Shown here piece after piece: positions 25,508 to 35,289 of a stretch of DNA of 36,139 nt. Source of the DNA: a virus (taxonomy: Duplodnaviria > Caudoviricetes); IMG/VR virus record IMGVR_UViG_3300012347_000089, positions 1 to 36,139 of that record. The stretch is one strand, 5' to 3'. Position numbers and translations under genes: made by a program. The notes below the pieces were generated by a model, which was not told the origin of the DNA, did not search any database, and was given only the letters and a program-made list of their open reading frames with translations. Numbering within the stretch: the first letter of the stretch is position 1; the number at the start of each line of letters is the position of its first letter.

Positions 25508-26020
25508 TTAGTTTTTTGGTGTGACCAATGGTTCTACCACTGGCGGAATAAAGTTAGGATCATTATGCCATGCAATAGGAAAAATCGCAGCAATTACATC
25601 TACATCGGTAGCAGCATTTACGGCAACAACAGCATCGCTTGATTGTGCGCGAATAGAATCACGCCATAGCATCCAATCAACTTTGTAATTAGGATCACGT
25701 AAATTACGTGCCTCTACATAATCAGTAGGCTGCAATACTGTGAAAGCAGTTTGCTTGATCTCTGTAACAGCGTTAGCTTTTACTTGATCCAATTCTTTAG
25801 GATTATTGATATAGGTTAATACGCCGTCTTTAAGAACGTTAGATACCCAGTAATATTTACCATCTTTAGGTTCGCCAACAGTTTTAACCTCAACTAAACC
25901 TAGTGCTTTCTTTTGCTCTGGTGTTGATTGGTTTAACCATGATGATGGATAAGTAACGTTATCAATATCAAATTGCATACCTTCGTTAATGTAAGTATCA
26001 GATTTTTTGTGCCAAAACAT
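25508..26020 (-). CDS. Tail fibre assembly/chaperone-like protein
   Basis: Follows the receptor-binding gene; YPSSWL..ST.EQKKALGL, LQPTDY, WRDSIR pattern. Confidence 0.6.
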   Translation of the reverse strand: MFWHKKSDTYINEGMQFDIDNVTYPSSWLNQSTPEQKKALGLVEVKTVGEPKDGKYYWVSNVLKDGVLTYINNPKELDQVKANAVTEIKQTAFTVLQPTDYVEARNLRDPNYKVDWMLWRDSIRAQSSDAVVAVNAATDVDVIAAIFPIAWHNDPNFIPPVVEPLVTPKN

Positions 26021-26031
26021 AATATATTTTC

Positions 26032-28389
26032 CTATTGTGCGTTAGAGTTAGCGAATGGATTTTCTGCAAAAGCCATGTAAATAAATGTACCACCAGAAGC
26101 ATTACTATCTGCACCTGTACTTCTTAATTTAAATCCATTCGATAAAATATCACTAGGATGGCTACTATCCTCTGCATTTGCAAGGTTAGGATATAAAGCT
26201 GCTGCTGGTTGATTATAAGTTGATCTAGTAGTATCGTAAACAATCCAGTTACCAGTAGTATCAATTCGTTTATACATAATGTATTTTGGTTTAAATCCAG
26301 TATAAACAAAACTTCCATCCGCACTGCCATTACCTATGTAAGAACCAAATTTACTAAATCCTGCAATTTCAGCAAAAGCATAAGCTACATAAGTGCCAGA
26401 ACTTGCATTAGTATTTCCATCTGTACCAAGATTAATTACAGAACTTGTAGGAATTGCACTATTCCACATACTTGATAAAGTTGCTTTTCCAGCAGTAGTA
26501 TTTAATACTAAATATTCAGTACCAGATAATCCAATATGCCATGCTGACCATGCTTGAATTGTGCTTAATTTTTTTACAAAAATCATTTTAGGTGCAACAC
26601 CTAAACCATGACCAACAGTAGCATTAGCACCTGTACCAGTATAAGTAACAATGCTAAATCCAGCAGTTGAATTTACTTGTACATTAGATGTAATAGATCC
26701 ATTAGTATTAGATACAGTAGTGCCACCATTAACTTTCCATTGCCATCCTACATAAGTTCTAGTGCTTTGATTATAAGAACCATTAGCACCTAAACTAAAT
26801 CCGTTAGAATTAAATGATGTTATGCCATCTGTGACAGTTTGTTCTGCATCATTGCCATTAGGAATTAATAATTTTGTAACTCCTCTAGATGAATCATGTA
26901 ACAGATTATTATAATTAATGCTTCTTGCTTTCATCCAAACAATATCTGGTTTAAAACCAGCAGCATTTACCACTGTTTGCGTAGATGAATTGCCACTATA
27001 CAAAGTAGCATCCATATATTGATTGCCCTTCTTAATCGTAGCAGCAGGAAGGTTAGCTGTGCATAGTGCTTTGAAGCCTGTAGGTGGAGTGTAAGCGAAT
27101 GAGCGTTGACCGAAGTTCCAATATGATGTTGCTTGCGCACCAGAATCCGCATCACCGCCAGCAGGATAATATATCCCATTTGTTAAGCCACTAAATGCCG
27201 TTCCTTGTGATACATTATTTTTGTAAAATACAAGTGTGCCAGCATCGGCATCAAAAGCAATTCCGATTACATCATTAACGCCATATGTTGAGCCATAAGT
27301 AGCTTGAGTAGCATTATTATATGTCTTTCCATTCCATCCATAGTATGCCCAGCCAAAAGCGTTCTGTCCGACAAAACTATTTAGATTTACGCCATCTTTA
27401 CAGATTCCAATCATATTCTGTAAGCCATTAGTACCAGCAGTCATTTCCCAGTACCATTTTCCAGAACTTACTCCGATTGTACCTACCACAGTAGATTCAC
27501 CAGATGCAGATACTACTGTTAAATTACCGCCATTTACAGAAAGTGCAGATGTTTTATTGAGTGGATTCATTACACAATAATTACTATTCGGTTGAGTACC
27601 ACTTATAACAGAACCATTGCCACTAGGCACATCAAGCATCCAACAATCATTTATCCCAGCACTACGAGTAAAGTTATTAAGTGTCCAGTTATTACTGTTA
27701 CCACTTGAATCGTAGCCTAGTGTTGTAGTGCTTGTGCCGTTAGAGAATGGTAAATAGAAGCCATTAGTGCCGTATGTACCTGTATATTTTTTAGCTACCC
27801 ATTGACCAGTAAGTAAGTCTGTTTCACCAAAAGCAGCAGGTGTTAATGCTTGACCGTCAATTAAATAAACATCAGTCATATAACCATCTAAATAACCGCC
27901 TCCCGTTCCGTTTTGTCCAATCCAATGTAATTGATTATTATTAATAAAAAAATCAGTATTTTGTGTTGGATAAGTTCCAGTAAGGGCTTGTAGGATTCCG
28001 TTTACATAAACTTTAAATCTATTTGTATTTGTTGCTTGAGTTGTATCTACTGAAAATACTATGTGATACCAAGCGGCAGGGTCTCGAAAAACTGCTGATG
28101 AAGTTAAGTCACCATTAACAACAGCACCAATATAATTAAATAAATTTAATTGGTTTGATGAATTAAAACAAAAATTTGTCTGATTTGTTGCTGAGCCAAC
28201 TTGGATTAATTTTATATCTGAGCCAAAATTTCCTCGCTTAAGCCAAAAACTGTAAGTAAATGTTTTACGATTACCTGCACTTGCAGGTGTTCTGCTCAAA
28301 TATTGACTACTTGCACTTTGAAAGCGCAGCGAATTAGAGATTGGATAACCGCCCTCTGAAATAGCATTACTATTTTGAAGTAAACTCAA
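26032..28389 (-). CDS. Tail fibre/receptor-binding protein with LamG (ConA-like) and SPRY domains
   Basis: SLRF..QYLSRTP, FRDPAAWYHIV, SSGKWYWE, DVIGIAFDADAGTLVFYKN, GFKPDIVWMKAR repeats; probable TTG start at 28389 (MSLLQNSN) with RBS AAAGGG. Confidence 0.85.
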   Translation of the reverse strand: MSLLQNSNAISEGGYPISNSLRFQSASSQYLSRTPASAGNRKTFTYSFWLKRGNFGSDIKLIQVGSATNQTNFCFNSSNQLNLFNYIGAVVNGDLTSSAVFRDPAAWYHIVFSVDTTQATNTNRFKVYVNGILQALTGTYPTQNTDFFINNNQLHWIGQNGTGGGYLDGYMTDVYLIDGQALTPAAFGETDLLTGQWVAKKYTGTYGTNGFYLPFSNGTSTTTLGYDSSGNSNNWTLNNFTRSAGINDCWMLDVPSGNGSVISGTQPNSNYCVMNPLNKTSALSVNGGNLTVVSASGESTVVGTIGVSSGKWYWEMTAGTNGLQNMIGICKDGVNLNSFVGQNAFGWAYYGWNGKTYNNATQATYGSTYGVNDVIGIAFDADAGTLVFYKNNVSQGTAFSGLTNGIYYPAGGDADSGAQATSYWNFGQRSFAYTPPTGFKALCTANLPAATIKKGNQYMDATLYSGNSSTQTVVNAAGFKPDIVWMKARSINYNNLLHDSSRGVTKLLIPNGNDAEQTVTDGITSFNSNGFSLGANGSYNQSTRTYVGWQWKVNGGTTVSNTNGSITSNVQVNSTAGFSIVTYTGTGANATVGHGLGVAPKMIFVKKLSTIQAWSAWHIGLSGTEYLVLNTTAGKATLSSMWNSAIPTSSVINLGTDGNTNASSGTYVAYAFAEIAGFSKFGSYIGNGSADGSFVYTGFKPKYIMYKRIDTTGNWIVYDTTRSTYNQPAAALYPNLANAEDSSHPSDILSNGFKLRSTGADSNASGGTFIYMAFAENPFANSNAQ

Positions 28390-28814
28390 GATAAAGCCCT
28401 TTCTAAATCCCACCCTCTAAATAATCTCATTTTTAATACAGAATAAGATACATTTAATTCTTTAGCCCAATCTGTTAAGCACATTGATTTTCCATTAAAT
28501 TCAATAATATTATTACGAGATGTATTTCTCATCTGTTCTTTATATGTAGCCCATCTGCAATTATCTTTTGAATAGTCTTTATTTGTATCTATTCTATCCA
28601 AAGTCATTCCTTCTGGCTTACTTCCCATATCATTATAAAATTTTTCAAAATCATGCCATTCATCGGAAACTTTAATACCTTTAGCCCCATAATCTTTGAA
28701 TGATTTATGTTTTTCATAATAACAGCGTTGTTTCATTCCGCACCATAAAGAATATTCTGGCAGGTGTGATAATCCATGCGTTGTATTACGTTCTGTTAAA
28801 TCTTGTCTTTTCAT
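28386..28814 (-). mobile_element. Free-standing HNH homing endonuclease gene
   Basis: THG....EY..W.GMKQRC...YGAKGIKV..EW..F..FY.DMG.KP...TLDRID.NKDYSKDNCRWAT..EQ.RN. Confidence 0.88.
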
Positions 28815-29371
28815 TATGATAAATTACCGCTAGATGTAACATATACAGAAGTACCATCACTCATGTAGCTAAGTAGATAAGTACCAGCAGTAGAGATAGT
28901 TGATAGTAATGATGCACCTACTTTTGTAGTAGATGCTGCACTGATCGCATAACCGCCACTATTAACAAGCAATACATAGCCAGATTGACCAGCAGTAATA
29001 TTGGTAAATGTTAGTGTAAATGTGCCTGTAGGTGTGCATTTAAAGTTGTTGGTTACATTCATATCGAATGAACCATCATTATCAGTAGTAACAGTTCCGC
29101 GCTGTGATGCGGTAAATGTTTGCAATACAGCTAAAGCAGCAAATCCCCAGTTTACATCGGCGATATTACCTTTATTGATCCATCCATCATTCGCAGCGTT
29201 ACGTTGCTTTAGAATCCCAGTAGCGGTATCTGCCCACCACATATAAGAATAAGTAGTAGCAGGTGCAGTTGCACCAGAACTAAGACTAGCTAACGCTTGC
29301 AGAGATTCGTTAGTTTCCTGTCTGAATAATGAACGCGATACGTTCGCTATGTTAAAGTCTGCTTGTGACAT
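28814..29371 (-). CDS. Tail fibre proximal/adaptor protein
   Basis: MSQADFNIAN...ALAS.SSGATAP.TTY.YMWWADT..GILKQRNAAND.W, directly after J. Confidence 0.75.
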   Translation of the reverse strand: MSQADFNIANVSRSLFRQETNESLQALASLSSGATAPATTYSYMWWADTATGILKQRNAANDGWINKGNIADVNWGFAALAVLQTFTASQRGTVTTDNDGSFDMNVTNNFKCTPTGTFTLTFTNITAGQSGYVLLVNSGGYAISAASTTKVGASLLSTISTAGTYLLSYMSDGTSVYVTSSGNLS

Positions 29372-32300
29372 TTAGAAGCCTTTCGCTATGTAATCAAACG
29401 TTTTATTTATTTGTACATTGCTTGCATTATAAAACGATATTGTAAACCCATTCACTGATTTGCTGGTAATAGAATAATAATCGCCAGTATTCATATTTTG
29501 TACAGATACGCCCACCGCAGGGTTAAAGATAAACGGTTTAGTATAAGTAATCACTTTTGCACTTGTGCCAGAGATAACGTCATCACCAGATTCAATACGA
29601 TCTGGCACATCTACGGTAGCTTCTGCTGCCTCAACTACAATACTATGATAGATATTATCACTTGTTAATCGTAATTCAAACTGATAAGCACGTGCAGTAA
29701 CATCGGCAAGCGTTGAATTTTGCCAATCACCAAAAGTAGTACCATCTGTACTAGCGCGATACCAGATAGATGCGCTCACATCGCTAATATATGCAGAATC
29801 TACTAACTCTGTACTATCCATTAAATCATCACTATCCCATAAAGATGTTAGATCTAATGCGCGAGCCTGTACTAATGATGCTAATCGCAATGTTTGAACG
29901 CTTAATAGATCAATTTCACCTAGATAATATGTACCGCTTGATGCAACGCCACCACCAAAATCTACTAAATCATCACCATCAATTAAACTATCGCTATCCC
30001 ATAGTTCTGATGAACTTAATACTAAACCGCCAAACTCGCTGCTGTATTGTGTATTTACCTTAGTTCCAGCCCATGTAGGCTGCCCTACAACGCTTTCTAC
30101 AAAGTTTAATGCCATTACATTAGCAGCATCAGTAATAATGCTTGTGGCGTTAGTAGATAAGTTACCGCTTGAATCTTTAAATTTAGCAAAATAAATACCT
30201 GCTTGCAGTGGCATTGTTATTGCCGTTGCATTACCAGCAGCTTCGCTTACTAGATCCTGTGCCGTATCCCATGTAGCAGATGTATTAGGTGAGAATCTAA
30301 AATAAACCTTACCGCCTACGCTTACATCTAGATCGGTAGCCGCATCCCATGTAAACAATCCAATAGTGCCTAATGGTGCAACGTTAAAATTAGTTACATC
30401 AAGCGGCGCAATGGTTTTACCTAAAATATCTACTGTAGATACTGCTGCTGTAGATTTTCTACCTAAGTTATCTACTGCTACTACTTTAAATATGTATCTG
30501 CCTTCTACTAATGGATAAGCCTCAATAGAATTTCGATCTGTAGTTAATATTGTTTCAGAGTTATTGCCTGTTTGATAGCTTACAGAATAGCTAGTAGCTT
30601 GTGGCACTGTATTCCAGCTAATAGTAGCTTTAACGCCTACAACGCCAATACCAGCAAGGTATAAAGATTCTACTACAGTAAGATTTTCTGGCGTTACTGG
30701 TTTATTGCCACTAACAACGCTTAACGGTAATGGCTGCAAGATCAAATCTTGCTCAACAGCGTTAAATTTATCAGAGCGATATGCAAGCGCAGTAATCTCT
30801 ACTTCGTTCTTACCAGATTCAGAAATAGATACAACGCGCCACTGCTCTGGCACTAAATCACTAATTGAAATAATCCACATTGCATAAGATTCTGGCGCAG
30901 CACTAAAAGCACTTGCTACAGTCATTACGTTGCTAGATCCTGCTGCATTAGTGATAACTCTGCTTTCGACAGTGCCATCCGCTAACCTGCAAGATATTTC
31001 GTAGGTTTTACCAGATTCAATAGTGATATTGCTATCTAATGTGATTGCAGTAGTTGTAGCTGATTCAACGCGACCACCTAAACGCTTACCAGAGCGATTT
31101 GCATCATTCGTTTCAATAATATCGCCAGCTTGAATGAAAACAGAATCTAAACCTGCTTTAAAGGTAATAGTTTCAGTTTCATTTTGCTCACTGTAAATTA
31201 ACCATCTACCAATACGGTTAGCTTGACCGCGTGATGTGCAGCCGATAGCCACAATATCAGTTTGTACAATGCCATAACGATTGATTGCATCATTATCAGC
31301 AACATATTCAATCTTAGGGCGATAAGAATCTAATGGATCGTTCCATGTAACAAGTGCAACCGTGTGACGTACTTTGCCGCTTGATCCAGAGTAGCTAAAC
31401 ATTCCATCAATGACGTTAGCAGCACTAAAGATTTGCGTTACGTCTTTTGGTGCATCTTGTGATACAAAAATGCTGCCACTTGACCAGTAAACCATTGCTC
31501 TAAATATAGATGCAATGTTTGATACCACTTGATAGGCTTGCTCTCTAGTTTGCAAATAGATGTTACAAGTAAATCTAGGCTCTAATCCACCATATCCATT
31601 ATCAACTAATACATCGCAGTATTGAGCAATAGTATATAAGCCCCATTTATCGATCATTGCACTATCGATTAGTTCACCTAATCCATATCGATCATTGGTA
31701 ACAATATCGTAGAAAACCCATGCAGGGTTATCTGTCCATGCGGTAGTAAATGTGCCATCCCATGAACCTGTATATACGCGAGTAAGCGGATTGTAATTTG
31801 ACGGTATTTTTACTTTAATACCTTTAATTTCATATCCGCGCACAGGAATACGGTTAAATTGCTCTGCATCAATTTGAACGCCAATTACAGCAGAGTTAGG
31901 ATAAGATAACTTAGCATCAATAATTTCTGTATAGCTGTCCCAAAATGTTTTATTCTGCAATGCAGAACTTGTGCTATCTGCCGTTAATCTTTTTAATTTA
32001 ATATCCCATGTATTACCAGCAGGTAAATTAATCAGATACGAACGCTGATATTTAGATGTAGTTTTGCCACTGATAATATCAATAGCATCTGGAAAGTATC
32101 CTTCGCCATAAGTGATAGCAACGCTGCCATCGCCGCTAGTTTTTAATACTCTAAATTCGTATTGATCAGATGGCAATTCAACATTAAATGTTCTTGTTTG
32201 AGATGATGGTGAATTATAAATTACACCTCCACCATAACCCCAATACCAATTTGATCCAGCCCAATTATTGCTGCTTTCTCTTTGAGCATAAGAAGTAAAT

Positions 32301-32995
32301 GGATTGCCGCTAAATGCAGTAGCTTCGTAATCTAGCCAAGTGCTATCGCCAACTAAACGATATTGGAATTTGTAGTAAATAGTTTGTGGGCGATAATCGC
32401 TTGTAGGTGTCCATGTGACTACAATATTAAATTTATCAGCATCAACAGTATTTTTAGATGGATTACCTATAGCAAAGTATTCTGTTTTCCAAATTTTACG
32501 CAATGGATAAGATACAAAACCACCGCCATCGGTTTGTATATCAAGTGCCATCTGCAATTCAGAACCATTAATATCGCCATTAGTTGTATTCTGTGATGTT
32601 AGCTGCGGAATTGATACAGTAACTCGTACAGATGTAGTATTAGGATTGGTGATAGTTCTGGTAACAGGTGCATCATATTGAACCTCTACGCCTACTGGCG
32701 ATTCTGATTCTGCACCAGCAAAACCACTAATAGGCGTTTGACTCTGTGTGCCAGTGCGACCTTCAACGGTAACGCCGCTAAAGTTATAAGAGTTATCAGA
32801 GTTTTGAAGTGGCGTATCGTCAAAATATACAGATTTCAGTCCATCGACTAAACCTTCGATTTCGCCTTCACTAATAAGATCTAGTACGTTTGCATATTGG
32901 CGTGAACGTAAACTATCTGGTGCTTCAACAGCAACACGCGAACTTCCGCCTTTGCCTTTTCCGCCACCGCCGCCAGAACCACGAATATCGCTCAT
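29372..32995 (-). CDS. J: Central tail fibre / tip attachment protein J
   Basis: DLISEGEIEGL, YPNSA, WTDNPAW.FYD..TN.RYGLG, EPRFTCN, GCTSRGQANRIGRW. Confidence 0.93.
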   Translation of the reverse strand: MSDIRGSGGGGGKGKGGSSRVAVEAPDSLRSRQYANVLDLISEGEIEGLVDGLKSVYFDDTPLQNSDNSYNFSGVTVEGRTGTQSQTPISGFAGAESESPVGVEVQYDAPVTRTITNPNTTSVRVTVSIPQLTSQNTTNGDINGSELQMALDIQTDGGGFVSYPLRKIWKTEYFAIGNPSKNTVDADKFNIVVTWTPTSDYRPQTIYYKFQYRLVGDSTWLDYEATAFSGNPFTSYAQRESSNNWAGSNWYWGYGGGVIYNSPSSQTRTFNVELPSDQYEFRVLKTSGDGSVAITYGEGYFPDAIDIISGKTTSKYQRSYLINLPAGNTWDIKLKRLTADSTSSALQNKTFWDSYTEIIDAKLSYPNSAVIGVQIDAEQFNRIPVRGYEIKGIKVKIPSNYNPLTRVYTGSWDGTFTTAWTDNPAWVFYDIVTNDRYGLGELIDSAMIDKWGLYTIAQYCDVLVDNGYGGLEPRFTCNIYLQTREQAYQVVSNIASIFRAMVYWSSGSIFVSQDAPKDVTQIFSAANVIDGMFSYSGSSGKVRHTVALVTWNDPLDSYRPKIEYVADNDAINRYGIVQTDIVAIGCTSRGQANRIGRWLIYSEQNETETITFKAGLDSVFIQAGDIIETNDANRSGKRLGGRVESATTTAITLDSNITIESGKTYEISCRLADGTVESRVITNAAGSSNVMTVASAFSAAPESYAMWIISISDLVPEQWRVVSISESGKNEVEITALAYRSDKFNAVEQDLILQPLPLSVVSGNKPVTPENLTVVESLYLAGIGVVGVKATISWNTVPQATSYSVSYQTGNNSETILTTDRNSIEAYPLVEGRYIFKVVAVDNLGRKSTAAVSTVDILGKTIAPLDVTNFNVAPLGTIGLFTWDAATDLDVSVGGKVYFRFSPNTSATWDTAQDLVSEAAGNATAITMPLQAGIYFAKFKDSSGNLSTNATSIITDAANVMALNFVESVVGQPTWAGTKVNTQYSSEFGGLVLSSSELWDSDSLIDGDDLVDFGGGVASSGTYYLGEIDLLSVQTLRLASLVQARALDLTSLWDSDDLMDSTELVDSAYISDVSASIWYRASTDGTTFGDWQNSTLADVTARAYQFELRLTSDNIYHSIVVEAAEATVDVPDRIESGDDVISGTSAKVITYTKPFIFNPAVGVSVQNMNTGDYYSITSKSVNGFTISFYNASNVQINKTFDYIAKGF

Positions 32996-33567
32996 AATTG
33001 CGCCACACTTAAACCAGTTGAGATTACTTGACTACCAACGCGCAAACGCCCATAACATAACGGCACTGGATTGCCTTGCCCAGTAGTATTGATTGCGCCA
33101 GAGAAAGCATAAGAAGGCAAGTTCTCTGGTCTTTCGCCCATATTCATTTTAGTTTTTGGCGGTGCGAATAGCATCTGTGAAATACCACCTAAGACTAAAG
33201 AGAATCCAATAGATCCAGCCATAGATGATAAAGACATAGTGCCGATTAACGGCGTAACAGGTAAGTAAATAGATGCAACGATCAGCGCAGCACCTAAGAT
33301 AACTTTACCTAAACCACTTTTACCGCCAACGATAGGAATAATTTTAATTGTTTTTGATGTGCCAACATGAAGCGAATCCTTATCTGATCGATTCTCTCTA
33401 CCAGCGACTACTTTGTAAAAAGCCTGTCCATCTTGGATAATTTGCTCTTTAAAATCGCTAAAGTTAGCACAGAACGCACGAATAACTTCTGCTGGTGTCT
33501 TAGCATCAACTCTATGAGTTTTACCGTATTTTTCAGCTAAAAAGCCGTACAGAGTAACAGTTAGCAT
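32992..33567 (-). CDS. I: Tail assembly protein I
   Basis: LYGFLAEKYG, SLVLGGISQML, NTTGQGNPVPLCYGRLRVGSQVIS. Confidence 0.92.
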   Translation of the reverse strand: MLTVTLYGFLAEKYGKTHRVDAKTPAEVIRAFCANFSDFKEQIIQDGQAFYKVVAGRENRSDKDSLHVGTSKTIKIIPIVGGKSGLGKVILGAALIVASIYLPVTPLIGTMSLSSMAGSIGFSLVLGGISQMLFAPPKTKMNMGERPENLPSYAFSGAINTTGQGNPVPLCYGRLRVGSQVISTGLSVAQL

Positions 33568-34265
33568 AAAGATTTGTGCCTTACAATTAATGAAGTAATT
33601 TTTCGCCAGTATCCGCCATATACATCACGGCTTGAAGCCTTGCCCATCACATGATGCAAGATAATATTGTCACCTAAATATATGGCGCAATGATTAACCA
33701 CTGCACTAGCAACTTGCATAAGGATTATATCGTGTTTTTGCAGATTATCCACCTTAATGAATCCTGCATCCTCATAATTTTCTAAATAAAGATTATCGCC
33801 ACGCATCCACCATTCCTGCTGCCGCTTGTAATCTTTGATATCTAAATTAAGTTCGCGCTTGTAATAATCTACAAGCATGGCGTAACAATCAGTAACGCCG
33901 TGTACAAATTCTCTACCTATCAATGGTGCTTCGTATCCGCTAGGTTCTGTCCAAGTCCAAGTATTTAGCGGATAGTTTACGATCAAAAAAGGTAGATTAT
34001 GTTTTTCTATTGCAATTAGATCTGCTTGGCTTGGCTTTGGATTGGTATTAACGTGAGAATGAACTACAGCAAGTATTTCGTACTTGTCTGCAATATTCGC
34101 ATATTCCTCTGCATCGATAACGAACTCATTTTCGCCTTGAGATACGTTAGTACATGGAACGTACATATTTTTACGTCTGTGACTAACAATAAAGCCGCAT
34201 ATCTCGCGTTTAGGCGAACTATTAACGTGAGCCTTTACCGCTTCTAATATTTCGTCACTAACCAT
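33561..34265 (-). CDS. K: Tail assembly protein K (JAB/MPN + NlpC/P60)
   Basis: REICG, VVHSH...PSQAD, GREFVHGVTDCY, NHCAIYLG..ILHH. Confidence 0.93.
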   Translation of the reverse strand: MVSDEILEAVKAHVNSSPKREICGFIVSHRRKNMYVPCTNVSQGENEFVIDAEEYANIADKYEILAVVHSHVNTNPKPSQADLIAIEKHNLPFLIVNYPLNTWTWTEPSGYEAPLIGREFVHGVTDCYAMLVDYYKRELNLDIKDYKRQQEWWMRGDNLYLENYEDAGFIKVDNLQKHDIILMQVASAVVNHCAIYLGDNIILHHVMGKASSRDVYGGYWRKITSLIVRHKSLC

Positions 34266-34960
34266 TATCTAATCAAATTAATCGCTGGAAAACCGCCAAA
34301 AGGTAAAGTGCCTTCGCCAAATCTTAACTTGCATGAATCTAATCGCTTGCCACAATCATCTACAGCCGTGTTAGATGTAGGCTGATCATTTTTATCTGCT
34401 ACTGCGCCACCAGTGTAGCTGCACTCCGCGCTTCGATACTTCCAGATACATACGTTTTGAATACATTGGCGTTTAGGCAAATACTGTCCATCTAGATCTA
34501 GTGCGCTTGCTAGTTCCCACTCAATAAATACTTTATTCTCACTGGCTTTTCTATCGATGTACCAGATTTCATCATCTAACGCAGCATTAGGATCAGCAGA
34601 TGGATTAACACCGCCATCAAAATTAACCGCATCTAAATATTTTAAGAATGTACGGCGGCGGATGAATTTAACTTTTACTAAATCATCATTAGCGCGAGCA
34701 GCAGCACCTAATAATCCATCAATGTTAGCCACGCGTAATGTTGGTCTAGCTTGCTTTGCACTACCGCTACGCTCAAATCCTTCTGCCTCTACTGGATAGC
34801 GTGTGTATGTAATGCCATTGAATACAACATTAGCACCCAGTTCATTTACGCCATTATGAAAATAATAGTGTTCATCAATGCCAATAGTGTTTAGATCTAA
34901 TTCAAATAGTTCTACGATGCTACCAGCAGCAGCTTTTTGAATATCGCTAGTGATCGACAT
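34265..34960 (-). CDS. L: Minor tail protein L
   Basis: VELFELDL, RPTLRVAN, RRRTFLKYLD, CIWKYRSAECSY, DDCGKRLDSCKLRF, PFGGFP. Confidence 0.93.
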   Translation of the reverse strand: MSITSDIQKAAAGSIVELFELDLNTIGIDEHYYFHNGVNELGANVVFNGITYTRYPVEAEGFERSGSAKQARPTLRVANIDGLLGAAARANDDLVKVKFIRRRTFLKYLDAVNFDGGVNPSADPNAALDDEIWYIDRKASENKVFIEWELASALDLDGQYLPKRQCIQNVCIWKYRSAECSYTGGAVADKNDQPTSNTAVDDCGKRLDSCKLRFGEGTLPFGGFPAINLIR

Positions 34961-35289
34961 TACTCAAATACCTCTGTGAATTGTACTGTTAATGAATCAA
35001 ACGCATCATTAATCGTATTATTCCACTCACGGCATACCCATAAACCAGCAGCACCGCTAGGCGGTGTCCAGTTAAATGATGTAATTCCGCCTTCGTTTTC
35101 TAAGAAGGCAATCACAGCAGCCATATCTGTAGTGGTTTTAGTAAATGTTAGATTCCATACTCTACGCACTGTATTGATACCGTCTGCGATACGTTGCTCA
35201 TATCCATCACCGAATGATGCAGTTAATACACGCGGTTTAGTTTGAAGCTGTGCGCCATATACAGGGGTATAAGTAAAAGTATTAGGCAT
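34960..35289 (-). CDS. M: Minor tail protein M
   Basis: FGDGYEQR..DGIN, GG.TSFNWTPP, FTEVFE; start MPNTF at 35289. Confidence 0.9.
   Translation of the reverse strand: MPNTFTYTPVYGAQLQTKPRVLTASFGDGYEQRIADGINTVRRVWNLTFTKTTTDMAAVIAFLENEGGITSFNWTPPSGAAGLWVCREWNNTINDAFDSLTVQFTEVFE

Noticed and set aside
28386-28814. Group I intron around the HNH gene
   Set aside because: The ORF abuts both neighbours, leaving no room for intron core sequence
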